32,000 bases of DNA from Flammeovirga sp. SJP92 (GCF_001583495.1 NZ_LQAQ01000019.1:242836-274835), one strand, 5' to 3'; positions 18,222 to 27,957 are shown, counted from the stretch's first letter. The notes: generated by a model from the sequence alone, not told the origin. Made by a program: numbers and translations.

Positions 18222-18854
18222 ATGAAAACTAAAGCAACAAACAAATACTTACTCCTTCTTGTACTATTCTTAGCTCACTTAAGCAGCTACGGACAAAATA
18301 ACCTACTTAAAAACCCTGAAGTAAGATTCTATGGTGTGGACTTTACTCACGCTAGTTTTATTGGTCGACAAGGGTTTCAAGACCCTGAAGAGCTTCAGAA
18401 ATACTACCTCAAAAAATGGAATGATCTTGTGTTGAATGAACCTAAAAAATACAACATCAAAAAATATTTTAACAAAAGCCAAGTACACTATGACATGAAA
18501 GCTGTCAATAAGAGAAATAATTTGGTTGACCCAAACAAGCTTGTAGTGGATTCACAGGAAGAACATCAGAAAATTAGGGAAGAAGATTTTAATGAAATTG
18601 TTAATGGACTTCCTACCACAGAAAATGAAGAATTGGGAATGGTTTTGGTAGTGGAAACATTCAATAAATTGAGTAGTAAAGGTACCACTTGGTCGGTCCT
18701 TTTTAATACAAAAACAAAAGAGATTCTTTACCGACAATATCATATGAGCGATCCTAGCGGATTTGGCGTTCGTAATTATTGGGGATTTACTTTGTATCGA
18801 ACGCTCAGATACACGGGTAAAGACTTCTTTTTTTACTTAAGGAAAAATAGTTAA
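18222..18854 (+). CDS. Small exported protein of unknown function
   Basis: Signal peptide YLLLLVLFLAHLSSYGQ; stop 8 nt before the next start, suggesting cotranscription with the FAD enzyme. Confidence 0.75.
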   Translation: MKTKATNKYLLLLVLFLAHLSSYGQNNLLKNPEVRFYGVDFTHASFIGRQGFQDPEELQKYYLKKWNDLVLNEPKKYNIKKYFNKSQVHYDMKAVNKRNNLVDPNKLVVDSQEEHQKIREEDFNEIVNGLPTTENEELGMVLVVETFNKLSSKGTTWSVLFNTKTKEILYRQYHMSDPSGFGVRNYWGFTLYRTLRYTGKDFFFYLRKNS

Positions 18855-18861
18855 TCATAAA

Positions 18862-20094
18862 ATGAAGCAAACAGACGTATTAATCATAGGCGCTGGACCT
18901 TCGGGAAGTATTGCTGGAAGCATTTTACTGCAAAACGGTTTTAATGTTACAATCATTGAGAAAGAGCAATTTCCAAGATTTGTAATTGGTGAAAGCCTTA
19001 TTCCAAAAGTGATGCAACACCTTGACAAAGCAGGACTTTTGGAGGCACTGGATGCTCAAAATTTTGAAAAAAAATATGGAGCTCGCTTCTTCAAAGGAGA
19101 GAAGGTGTGTCACTTTTCGTTTGCAGAAAAATTTACAGATGGATGGGAATGGACATGGCAAATGCCTAGAGCAGATTTTGACTATACCATTGCTAAAGAA
19201 GTAGAAAAAAAAGGGGCTGAAGTACTTTATCAGCATGCAGTTACAAATGTGGATTTTTCTACTGAAAGTGTCATCACCAGCATAGAAGATAAAAATGGAA
19301 ATACCTCTCAGATTGCTTCAAAATACATCATTGACGGCAGTGGGTATGGTCGTGTGCTACCTCGTCTACTTGACTTGAGCAAACCTTCCGATTTACCGCC
19401 AAGAGGATCATTTTTCACACATGTGGAAGACATCAATAGACCTGATACTATTGATGGCACTACCATCACGTTTGATATTCTAGATAAAGATTTATGGTTT
19501 TGGGTTATTCCATTTTCTAACGGAAAAACCTCTTTGGGTTTTGTAGGTGACACTCGCTTTTTTGAAGGAATCACTGACGATAACAAAGCAGAGAAGTTCA
19601 ATGAACTGATACAGCAATCTGAATATTACAAAGCACGCTTCTCAAATCTAGAATATGAATTTGAGCCAATGTCAAAGATCGGTTACTCTGTAGGTGTAAA
19701 ACAACTTTTCGGAGACCGTTATGTTTTGACTGGAAACAGTACTGAATTCCTCGACCCTGTTTTTTCATCTGGCGTTTCTTTTGCTGCTGAATCTTCTGCT
19801 TTGGCTGCTGAATTGGTAGCAAAAACACTGAAAGGTGAAAATGTTGACTGGCAAAAGGATTACTCTGATTATATTCTCAGAGGTGTAGAGGTATTCAAAT
19901 CGTATATCAAATATTGGTATGACGGTTCTTTACAAGATCTTTTCTTTTCTGACGAGATTAATTTTGAGTTTAAAAAGCAGATCACTTCTATTTTAGCTGG
20001 CTACGTTTGGGATAAAGACAACCGTTTTGTGAACAGACATAAAACGATCGTCAAGACCATTAATCATTTTCAAAAAGAAGCTCAAAGTATGTAA
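18862..20094 (+). CDS. FAD-dependent oxidoreductase, flavin-dependent halogenase/hydroxylase-like
   Basis: VLIIGAGPSGSIAGSILLQNG (GxGxxG), RFVIGESLIPKVMQHLDKAG, and LWFWVIPF (fits the WxWxIP halogenase-like motif). Confidence 0.75.
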   Translation: MKQTDVLIIGAGPSGSIAGSILLQNGFNVTIIEKEQFPRFVIGESLIPKVMQHLDKAGLLEALDAQNFEKKYGARFFKGEKVCHFSFAEKFTDGWEWTWQMPRADFDYTIAKEVEKKGAEVLYQHAVTNVDFSTESVITSIEDKNGNTSQIASKYIIDGSGYGRVLPRLLDLSKPSDLPPRGSFFTHVEDINRPDTIDGTTITFDILDKDLWFWVIPFSNGKTSLGFVGDTRFFEGITDDNKAEKFNELIQQSEYYKARFSNLEYEFEPMSKIGYSVGVKQLFGDRYVLTGNSTEFLDPVFSSGVSFAAESSALAAELVAKTLKGENVDWQKDYSDYILRGVEVFKSYIKYWYDGSLQDLFFSDEINFEFKKQITSILAGYVWDKDNRFVNRHKTIVKTINHFQKEAQSM

Positions 20095-20110
20095 GGTGTT
20101 AAAAGTAATG

Positions 20111-20150
20111 AGGGAAGAAGTGTTTTGTAACATTTCTTCCCTTATTTTTC
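20111..20150 (+). terminator. Rho-independent terminator-like hairpin after the FAD enzyme gene
   Basis: agggaagaa (20111-20119) ... ttcttccct (20134-20142) followed by tatttttc. Confidence 0.55.
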
Positions 20151-20459
20151 ACCTTTTCTTCTGTCCTAGTACAAACCTATTTATAAACTCATTCGATCAA
20201 AATTTCATCATTCTAAGATGCTCAATACATGAAATCTTTAACGTTTTTCTTATACCCATTTCAAAGTATTCTAACATTAGAGCTAACGAAAATTAACTAT
20301 ATATTCAATAAATAGAAGTTAACTAAGACAAATATTTTTTATCGTTTACAATTGTAAATTTTTAAAACTATTCTTCTTATATTCTGTTTATACCTATGAA
20401 ACTAATTACAACATGTAAAGAGTTGAAGTGAACCATTTACAATCATCAATCTCATTACT

Positions 20460-21470
20460 ATGAAAAATTATATTTTATCAGCATTTTTATTTTTGTTTTC
20501 TTCATTTTGCTTTGCAGATGATGAATATAAGATCAACTACAACATCAAAGGTGTAAATTTAGATGCGTCAAACATCCATCCTATGATGGTGATAACCAAT
20601 AGAGTTTTAGAAATAGACAACACTACTAATGAAGTACATTTAAGTCATGAAATGGACACATCTGACATTAAATACTTAATAGTTACAAGCAATAAAAAAA
20701 AACCAAAAGTAAAGATCTATTCTAATTTTCATGAGGCTTTTTCAAAGATCTATCATGATAATTTAGTAGTACATGTTCATGGTTTTGGACAGGATTTCAA
20801 TGCAACTTTGAGAAGTGGTATTACTTTGCAGAAAAATTATGACATCAACCTTATATTGTTTGATGTACCCACTGAAACTGTGAGTTTTAATATCTTTTCA
20901 GAATTCAAACGTTCGAAAAGATATTTCGAAAATTCCACAAGAAACTTTGATGATTTCTTAGATGATTATGAAGTAGCTTCCGAGTATTATAATGTAAATG
21001 AAAAACCAATCCTTTTTATGCACAGCTTGGGTAACCACCTTTTAGAGGAATATATCCAATCGGAAGAATATCAATACAATAAAAAATTGGCAGTATTTGA
21101 AAATATATTAATCAATGCTCCTGCGGTTAAAAAGAAAAATCATGCTGACTGGATTGAAAAAATAGATGAAGATATCAACATTTATATTACTGTAAACAAA
21201 AAAGATTTCACCCTTAAAGGTGCTGAATTTTTGACCATGACACGTCAATTAGGAAGCTCAAAAATTAAGAACAAGCATTTGGCTTCCAATGCTACTTATT
21301 TTACATTCCATACATTGGTAGGTAATGAGCACAATTACTTCATTAATCCTACTCTAATGGAAAACCGTCACATCAAATCATTTTACAGTCAAATACTAGA
21401 AGGCAAGACAATTATTGATGAATATTACATCGATAATGAAAGTGGTATTGATCTGGTCGTTCAGAATTAA
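20460..21470 (+). CDS. Exported alpha/beta hydrolase-fold protein (DUF900-like)
   Basis: Signal peptide; VVHVHGFGQDFNATL and ILFMHSLGNHLLEEYI (GxSxG-like elbow HSLGN). Confidence 0.65.
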   Translation: MKNYILSAFLFLFSSFCFADDEYKINYNIKGVNLDASNIHPMMVITNRVLEIDNTTNEVHLSHEMDTSDIKYLIVTSNKKKPKVKIYSNFHEAFSKIYHDNLVVHVHGFGQDFNATLRSGITLQKNYDINLILFDVPTETVSFNIFSEFKRSKRYFENSTRNFDDFLDDYEVASEYYNVNEKPILFMHSLGNHLLEEYIQSEEYQYNKKLAVFENILINAPAVKKKNHADWIEKIDEDINIYITVNKKDFTLKGAEFLTMTRQLGSSKIKNKHLASNATYFTFHTLVGNEHNYFINPTLMENRHIKSFYSQILEGKTIIDEYYIDNESGIDLVVQN

Positions 21471-21492
21471 TAATAGAAAATCATAGTAATGA

Positions 21493-21537
21493 GAAACCCC
21501 GATGGAGTATAAATTTCTCCATCGGGATTTCTTTTTT
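21493..21537. terminator. Bidirectional terminator between convergent genes
   Basis: Arms cccgatggag (21498-21507) and ctccatcggg (21517-21526), extended by gaaa/tttc, followed by ctttttt on plus. Confidence 0.75.
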
Positions 21538-21576
21538 AGGATCACAATTAAGCTTATAAACCCAACTCCACGAGGA

Positions 21577-23949
21577 TTAATTCATCCCTCCAGAACTATG
21601 CAATTTCCTTGCTTTTCTTCCTTGGAACTGACCTCCAAAGGCATAAGAAAATGATAATCTATACACAGGTCTTTCTTGCAAATAATAGGTTTGTTCTTGG
21701 AAATTCTGACCAAATACATCCTTTGTAAATCCGCTGTTGATAATATCATCTACTTTGAGAGAAATACTTCCTTTACGCTTAAAGACGGCTTTCTTTACAG
21801 CCACATTAAGAGCGTAAGTAGGCTGTGTGATGTTTTGTGCATCGTATTGCTGTCCTGCATATCTGCCCATAATCTGTATGGTAAAGCTTTTTGGCAACGT
21901 AAATCTTGTATTCAGTTTTGCTGTCCAGTTGATTGGGTTAGCATCAGAAGGTACTGTAAACTCTTCGTTGTCATCCTGAATTTCCAAGTAGAAGAAGTTT
22001 AAGTTAGCATCAATATTCCACCATTTTGCTATCTGATAATTGGCAGAAATAGATGCTCCACCTGTCAACGATGAACCTAAATTGGCCCAAGTATATACGG
22101 TCAAATCTTCTAAGGAATCATACCTTGAAACGTTTCGGATAATGTCTGTACTGTGTCTTACATATACACTTGTATTCAAACCTAGCTTTCCTTTGTTATA
22201 GCCATGATCCAAGCTGACTGAATTAGTATAAGAGGGTTGAAGGTTAGGATTACCAACTGATACTGTAGAAGAGTTTGAACGCTGTTCAATAGGCAGCATA
22301 TTGAAGATACCCGGACGGTTGATTCGTCTTGAATAACTTACCCCTAATGTATTAAAATCACCTAGTTTTCTTTGGATGTGAAGCGTAGGAAATAAACTCG
22401 CGTAATTAATGTTGTAGGTAGTATCTTGACCACTTTCCGTTTTTACAGTACCATCAATTGTAGCAACTTCTCCCCTTACTCCTGCTTTGATAGAATATTG
22501 TCCTAACGTAATGCTGTATGATCCATAAAGAGAGTTGATGTACTGATCATAATCATAGCTGTAATTATTGATTACGCCCCCCAGATTATTTGAGATTTGC
22601 GCTGATGCATCTAATAATTCACCTTTATAGCCTGTTTCAAAAGACGATTTCTTATTGATTTCATGTGAATAATCAATCTTCAATGATGCATAATTCCAAC
22701 GAGCATCTGTATTTACTGATGAGTTCCGTTCAATATCTTGCTCAAGAGTGGATGAAGTGGAGAAATCAGATTCACCTCCATTAAAGTAACCGTCACTTTC
22801 CAAAATACCTTTCTTAAACTCTTTTCTATGGTTCAAGCTTAATGAATACCCTTGTGCTTGATTTTTCTGATCACCAAATTCACGTTGTGAACTGATAATT
22901 TGATCTCCCAATATATTTCTATTGGTATAAAGGTTTTCCTCACCACCTTTCCAGTTCCATATCTCGGCAAATAATGTAATTGTGTTGGTAGAATCCAAGA
23001 AGTAGTCCGCTCCAAATTTTGTGTTATAATAACGGCCTTTTCTAATATTCTCTCCTTCTTGATCAAAAGTTGGAACGGTCTCATCAGTAAAAATACGATT
23101 CAAGTCCTTTTGGTTCTCAAATCGGTTTTCACCATAAGCCCCCTGCCCGAAGAAGTTGAATTTCTTTACTCTGTAATTCAAACCAAGGTAGCCATTGTAC
23201 TTTTCTCCTGTACCTGCACCAATATTTGCACTACCATTCAAACCTTTCATTTTATCTTTTTTAGTAATCACATTAATGATACCCGAAAGGCCATCAGGAT
23301 CATATTTCGCTGACGGATTCGTAATCACTTCAATCTTTTCAATAGAGCCCGCTGGCAATGTCTGAAAGATTTGGGCTGGATCAATCTGAGAAGGTTTCCC
23401 ATCAATCAACACCCTTACATTGCTTTCTCCTCTAAGGCTAATAGCACCATCAGAACCCACACTGATTTCAGGAATAGTCTGTAAAACTTCTGATACCGAA
23501 TTACCTTCTGCAATCATGGCATCACTGACATTGACTACTTTTTTGTCGATGGACCGCTCAATGCTTGATTTTTCTGCACGTACTTCTACTTCATCCAATT
23601 GTTCCACATTTTCAGCAATTTTGACGGCTCCTACATCAGTGTTAGGAGAAGTGATTTTAACTTGTTGCTTGAGTGTATTATACCCCACAAATTGTACAAC
23701 AAGAGTGTAGTTGCCATAAGGAACGTTTTTGATCCTAAAGCGACCTTCATTGTCTGTTAAGCCACCACCAATAGATATATCGTTTTTGTTGTTTAAGGAT
23801 ACTGTTGCATACCCCACAGGACTACCATTATTCTGATCGATAATCTGACCTTTTAGATTACCATTTTTTTCGGCATCGTCGTTGGCCAGCGTTACGATAG
23901 AGATCAATAGTAGTAAAATTAAATTGACACTAAAATTTATAGTCTTCAT
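21577..23949 (-). CDS. TonB-dependent receptor-like outer membrane beta-barrel protein with N-terminal carboxypeptidase-regulatory-like domain
   Basis: NGNLKGQIIDQNNGSPVGYATVSL (CarboxypepD_reg-like), NVSDAMIAEGNSVSEVLQTIPEISVGSDGAISLRGESNVRVLIDG plug, long beta-barrel C-terminus. Confidence 0.88.
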   Translation of the reverse strand: MKTINFSVNLILLLLISIVTLANDDAEKNGNLKGQIIDQNNGSPVGYATVSLNNKNDISIGGGLTDNEGRFRIKNVPYGNYTLVVQFVGYNTLKQQVKITSPNTDVGAVKIAENVEQLDEVEVRAEKSSIERSIDKKVVNVSDAMIAEGNSVSEVLQTIPEISVGSDGAISLRGESNVRVLIDGKPSQIDPAQIFQTLPAGSIEKIEVITNPSAKYDPDGLSGIINVITKKDKMKGLNGSANIGAGTGEKYNGYLGLNYRVKKFNFFGQGAYGENRFENQKDLNRIFTDETVPTFDQEGENIRKGRYYNTKFGADYFLDSTNTITLFAEIWNWKGGEENLYTNRNILGDQIISSQREFGDQKNQAQGYSLSLNHRKEFKKGILESDGYFNGGESDFSTSSTLEQDIERNSSVNTDARWNYASLKIDYSHEINKKSSFETGYKGELLDASAQISNNLGGVINNYSYDYDQYINSLYGSYSITLGQYSIKAGVRGEVATIDGTVKTESGQDTTYNINYASLFPTLHIQRKLGDFNTLGVSYSRRINRPGIFNMLPIEQRSNSSTVSVGNPNLQPSYTNSVSLDHGYNKGKLGLNTSVYVRHSTDIIRNVSRYDSLEDLTVYTWANLGSSLTGGASISANYQIAKWWNIDANLNFFYLEIQDDNEEFTVPSDANPINWTAKLNTRFTLPKSFTIQIMGRYAGQQYDAQNITQPTYALNVAVKKAVFKRKGSISLKVDDIINSGFTKDVFGQNFQEQTYYLQERPVYRLSFSYAFGGQFQGRKARKLHSSGGMN

Positions 23950-24361
23950 TAGTATGATATTGATAATTAACTATCTAATCAGATCAAAACGGAATTATAA
24001 GCACGATTTTAATAGTCCAAACAACACAGTACGAAACGCATCTAGTGATGAAAAAATAAGGACTAAAAAGAGTAATTAAAGTTCTGTATTTTAAATGAAT
24101 AGATAATTTAGATGAAAGTTAGATTGCTAATTTAGTTTTTTTAAATGCTAAAATACAAGGTATGTAAGGGTTTAATTAGGTTTTATTAATAATTATCAAT
24201 GAGTGGCTAGTATCCAACCTGACCATATTAGCAATAATTTATTTCCTCATCTCATCTCAAAAATCAAGAAAAACAATAGATAAAATTGTAAACATTTCAC
24301 TCAATATTTCTGCAACTTTTAAAGTACTACTTCCAAGCTTTATTTCATTTTGACTTTACAC

Positions 24362-24396
24362 AAAAAAGGCCACTCAAAATGAGTAGCCTTCTTTTT
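24362..24396. terminator. Hairpin terminator downstream of the cold-shock gene
   Basis: AAAAAAGGCCACTCAAAATGAGTAGCCTTCTTTTT; stem with one mismatch, A/T tracts on both sides. Confidence 0.7.
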
Positions 24397-24413
24397 CAAG
24401 TCTCTAAAGTTGA

Positions 24414-24605
24414 TTATGACAACTGTACGTTTACAGCGTTCAAACCTCTTCTTCCTTCTTCAACTTCAAATTGTACTTGATCATTTTCTTTGATCTCATC
24501 GATACAACCTGAGATGTGTACAAAGATTTCGTTGTTTGTTTCGCTATCTACGATAAAACCAAAACCTTTAGTAGCGTTGAAAAATTTGACTGTTCCTTGT
24601 TTCAT
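24414..24605 (-). CDS. Cold-shock protein (CspA family)
   Basis: GTVKFFNATKGFGFIVDSETNNEIFVHIS, RNP1/RNP2 motifs. Confidence 0.93.
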   Translation of the reverse strand: MKQGTVKFFNATKGFGFIVDSETNNEIFVHISGCIDEIKENDQVQFEVEEGRRGLNAVNVQLS

Positions 24606-24755
24606 AACTATATTAAATTAAAAATCTTCTTTTCAGAATTTATATAAATACACTCTTTTACCCTCCCATCTTACAAGATCAATGGGCTAATAAAAAGTGT
24701 TACAATACTAATTAACAATTAAAAATGCTACTGATATAGTAGACTTTCATCAATA

Positions 24756-25217
24756 CTAATCCTTTGGACTTTTTGTGATATCTACACAAGATCTTCCTCT
24801 TGGTGTATCCTTAAGATCAAATGCTACAAAGTCCTTTTCTCTGATATCATAATTCTCATCCACATCACTGATATGGAAGAAATAGCGTTCTCTTGAACCC
24901 TTTTCTATGATAAAACCGAACTTTTTCTCTGGATTGTAGTAATCAACACGACCTTGTCTTTTTTGATCTTCGAGATCTTCTTGTCTGGAAGTTGAAATTT
25001 GAATATCCTCCAGCTTGATTTTCTCTTTTGGTTTGTCAGGATCTGGTGGAGTAGAGGTAATATTACCAAACTCATCCACATAGGCCATCATATTTTCTAG
25101 ATCGCCTTTTACTTTGTTCTTTTTTTGTTCTTCTTTCTTAGCTAGTTTTTCTTCACGCTTTTTCTTTTTCTTCTTATCCTTCTCTAATTTATTAAAGGTC
25201 TGTTGAGATCTACCCAT
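24756..25217 (-). CDS. Cold-shock-domain protein with Lys-rich N-terminal extension
   Basis: QGRVDYYNPEKKFGFIIEKGSRERYFFHISDV after KLEKDKKKKKKREEKLAKKEEQKKNK. Confidence 0.82.
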   Translation of the reverse strand: MGRSQQTFNKLEKDKKKKKKREEKLAKKEEQKKNKVKGDLENMMAYVDEFGNITSTPPDPDKPKEKIKLEDIQISTSRQEDLEDQKRQGRVDYYNPEKKFGFIIEKGSRERYFFHISDVDENYDIREKDFVAFDLKDTPRGRSCVDITKSPKD

Positions 25218-25455
25218 ATTGAATCTTTAAAAGTTACTGCCAAGTATAACCTGATAAGTATTAAACATTCAATAAATAAATTTTCCGTAAAAAGATTATA
25301 TCTCAAATGAAAAGTAAATACAAAGTTATCCGTACCCATAAGCGAGCACCTCATGCACTACAAAGTTAGGCATTTATTTTTCAATAAAAATATTTTAGAA
25401 GAAAAGTAACCATTAATAACAAATAAATAAAATCAATAACAAACTGATATTCAAC

Positions 25456-25482
25456 AAAAAAAGCTACTCACAATGAGTAGCC
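25456..25482 (-). terminator. Hairpin terminator-like sequence
   Basis: gctactca-caa-tgagtagc perfect 8-bp stem with A7 on the plus side (T7 in the minus transcript). Confidence 0.6.
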
Positions 25483-25580
25483 TCAGATAGAAAGGAATAT
25501 ATAATTACTACATTAAAAGTCTTCTTACATCTTCTTCCTTTTAAACCTTTGGAGTAGACCCAAATGTAGTTTACACTGTA

Positions 25581-26090
25581 TTATTTTTTCTTGAGAACTG
25601 TAACTACAACCTCCTGATTTCGAATATCATTGCGTTCATCTGTCACGCTGAATACAAACTTATGCTCTCCAATTTCTAAATCATTCAATACTTCTTTCAT
25701 TAAAAAAACAGTGGCTTCTGTATTCCCTCTGACGTTCCAATATTGTTTGCCATTGAGTAAAGAATAATGTAACTGCTCTTCATAATGAGATTTTGTCTCT
25801 TTTGCTAAATCAATATTTAATACCTCCGTTTGAACTAGAAGGCTTGCTATCTTTCCTGGCACGTAAATTTCTACTCTTATGGTATCCGTAAAATTCCCCT
25901 GTTGCATCGTAATTGAAGAACCATGCGACAACTCAAAAGTAGTGGTCTTAGGGATAGCATCATTCAATGTTCTTTCTTGACAAGAACTAATCCAAATGAT
26001 CAACGATAACCCTAAAAGAAATGATACTAATTTTTGCATACCTATAGTGTTTTTAAAAGTGAGAACTTTGGAAATGACAAATAGAATCAA
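25581..26090 (-). CDS. Small lipoprotein of unknown function
   Basis: Lipobox-like LSLIIWISSCQERT; rest shows no family I recognise. Confidence 0.65.
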   Translation of the reverse strand: MILFVISKVLTFKNTIGMQKLVSFLLGLSLIIWISSCQERTLNDAIPKTTTFELSHGSSITMQQGNFTDTIRVEIYVPGKIASLLVQTEVLNIDLAKETKSHYEEQLHYSLLNGKQYWNVRGNTEATVFLMKEVLNDLEIGEHKFVFSVTDERNDIRNQEVVVTVLKKK

Positions 26091-26176
26091 GCAATTTTAA
26101 TTATCTAAATCACTCAATAAATCATACGATCGAATAATTTATTAAGTTGAATATATTACCATTCATTTGGACAAAT

Positions 26177-26209
26177 GAAAAAGGCCATTGCATACGCAAT
26201 AGCCTCGCT
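26177..26209 (-). terminator. Hairpin terminator-like sequence downstream of miniprotein 1
   Basis: aggccattgc (26182-26191) / gcaatagcct (26196-26205), 9 of 10 bp paired, A-rich flank giving a U tract in the minus transcript. Confidence 0.5.
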
Positions 26210-26253
26210 TTCAATCTGTAGTTACTATTAACAACCTATAACAAAATCTCGGG

Positions 26254-26403
26254 TTATTTCTTTACTGACACCGTTGTATCAGCTTCTACTTTTGATACCG
26301 TTACTTCTTGTTCGTACCCTGGTTTAGCGGTACTGTACATTATTGTAGTAACAGCAACAACTGCAATAATTAAAACAGCAATAAGTGCAATAACAGTTTT
26401 CAT
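26254..26403 (-). CDS. 49-aa single-TM membrane miniprotein (copy 1)
   Basis: Manual translation: MKTVIALIAVLIIAVVAVTTIMYSTAKPGYEQEVTVSKVEADTTVSVKK*; paralogue of the next ORF; below ORF-track cutoff. Confidence 0.65.
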   Translation of the reverse strand: MKTVIALIAVLIIAVVAVTTIMYSTAKPGYEQEVTVSKVEADTTVSVKK

Positions 26404-26471
26404 AGCAATAGTATTTTTAGTTCTTTATTTAATAATTATTTCAAGCGAAAATAATTTATGTATGATAAATT

Positions 26472-26618
26472 TTACTTCTGGATCGATTCTGATATTTTAA
26501 CCTCCGTCAACGCTACCCTCTCCTCTTCATATCCTTCTGGTGCAGAAGCATACAGTAAAGTAGTTGCGGCCGCAATGGCGATGATTAAAACAGCTATAAA
26601 TGCAAAAACAGTTTTCAT
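26472..26618 (-). CDS. 48-aa single-TM membrane miniprotein (copy 2)
   Basis: Manual translation: MKTVFAFIAVLIIAIAAATTLLYASAPEGYEEERVALTEVKISESIQK*; strong similarity to copy 1. Confidence 0.65.
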   Translation of the reverse strand: MKTVFAFIAVLIIAIAAATTLLYASAPEGYEEERVALTEVKISESIQK

Positions 26619-26864
26619 AGTAATGGTAATTTATTTTTTTGTTTATCAATTTAGATCAGTCTTTGAGCGAAAAAAACTGAACTATTTAAAAGTTTCAATC
26701 CTATAAAGAGGTCGTACTTTTAGATGTACTCAGTTTTTTTTATTTTTTTTCAAGAAAAATAGTTTTTGACTAAAAAAAACATGCTTAACCACTCATTTTC
26801 AGGTAAAAACAAGTCATTAAGCATGTTATTTATTTTTAAAATAATTTTATTCTATCTACTATTT

Positions 26865-27752
26865 CTAGAAAGTCTTGGTCATATTACTGTTGCAGATAAT
26901 GGTAAACTCATTAGTTCCTTTGTTTTCATCAGACAGTTTTGAAAGATCAGTTTGCTGTCCAAAAGCAATTACACCTGTTTTCAAATTTTTATCATAATGA
27001 TTAACATACCATACAGTTCCTTCATGATTTTTGGAGTGGAAGTCTCCGTTATAGTGTAAGAATAATTTACCCTTATTTTTCTTCTTCAATCCTTCCACAA
27101 TAGAATATCCCATCGTTGCATCTTTGATTGCCTGTGCTTCTACAAATTGCTTTGCTTTTCCGGTCATGCCATGTCCTGCCATCATTTGCTCCATTTCTTT
27201 GTAAGATGGATTGTCATAAGGCACTTCGATAGGTAAAGGTGCAATATAGTTTTTCTTCGCTTCCTTGCTTAAGGTCTCCAACTCTGTCAATCCTTTTTTA
27301 GAAACAAGACTCGCGTATCTTCTTGGTACGTTAGTAGCAATAAATGGGATGTTATGTGCTTTAGCAAAATCTACTAAAGGGGCATAATCTGTTTTATAAT
27401 TGTCCCATGCTTTGCCGTCTTTGATTAAAACAGCTTCTTTGATAAAACCTTGTAAATACTCGTCCAAAACTAATTGATTGTCCTTTTCAAACATTTCTGC
27501 TCCAAGCACAATCTCATTGTTTTTTTGTTCTGCTAATGATTTTGTTAATTCAAATTGTAACCAATGGGCAATTGGGTTGTTGTGCAATTCTCCAAAAAAC
27601 ACAACATCATAGTTAGAAAGACTTTCGGCCATTTCCTCAAAAGTGACTTCTTTTCCTTCTTTGTCAAAGATTTGGTAAGCTTTCAATGGCGTTTGTGAAA
27701 ATGTTGCTACTGCATAAAGGGTCAATAGCAAGGTGATAATATTTTTTTTCAT
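26865..27752 (-). CDS. ChaN-family (haem-binding uptake) exported protein
   Basis: Signal peptide; VVFFGELHNNPIAHWLQFELTKSL, EMFEKDNQLVLDEYL, FLHYNGDFHSKNHEGTVWY; near HmuY-like gene and TonB receptor. Confidence 0.83.
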   Translation of the reverse strand: MKKNIITLLLTLYAVATFSQTPLKAYQIFDKEGKEVTFEEMAESLSNYDVVFFGELHNNPIAHWLQFELTKSLAEQKNNEIVLGAEMFEKDNQLVLDEYLQGFIKEAVLIKDGKAWDNYKTDYAPLVDFAKAHNIPFIATNVPRRYASLVSKKGLTELETLSKEAKKNYIAPLPIEVPYDNPSYKEMEQMMAGHGMTGKAKQFVEAQAIKDATMGYSIVEGLKKKNKGKLFLHYNGDFHSKNHEGTVWYVNHYDKNLKTGVIAFGQQTDLSKLSDENKGTNEFTIICNSNMTKTF

Positions 27753-27929
27753 GACTTTAAGTTAAAGACTTTTTGTGAAATTCGACGCGTTTTATTTTGA
27801 TGGAATGCAACTTATTTTCTAGTGTAAAAAGTGGCTTTTCTCTTTTCTAAAAGGCTTATAGAATGCCTATTGAAAAACACTTACAATACACTAAACACAC
27901 ACTTAACCGTATTGTTTTTACAGAATGAA

Positions 27930-27957
27930 AACCGTAACCTCATAGGAGGCTACGGTT
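27930..27957. terminator. Stem-loop between HmuY-like and ChaN-like genes
   Basis: aaccgta(a)cctc-atag-gagg(c)tacggtt; strong stem, weak U tract. Confidence 0.4.

Noticed and set aside
18303-19828. Minus-strand ORFs 18303-18488, 18925-19236, 19308-19601 and 19598-19828
   Set aside because: Antisense to the exported protein and flavoenzyme genes, no motifs
26458-26706. 82-aa plus-strand ORF MYDKFYFWIDSDILTSVNATL...
   Set aside because: Overlaps the paralogous minus-strand miniprotein, whose conservation with the neighbouring copy is far better evidence of coding
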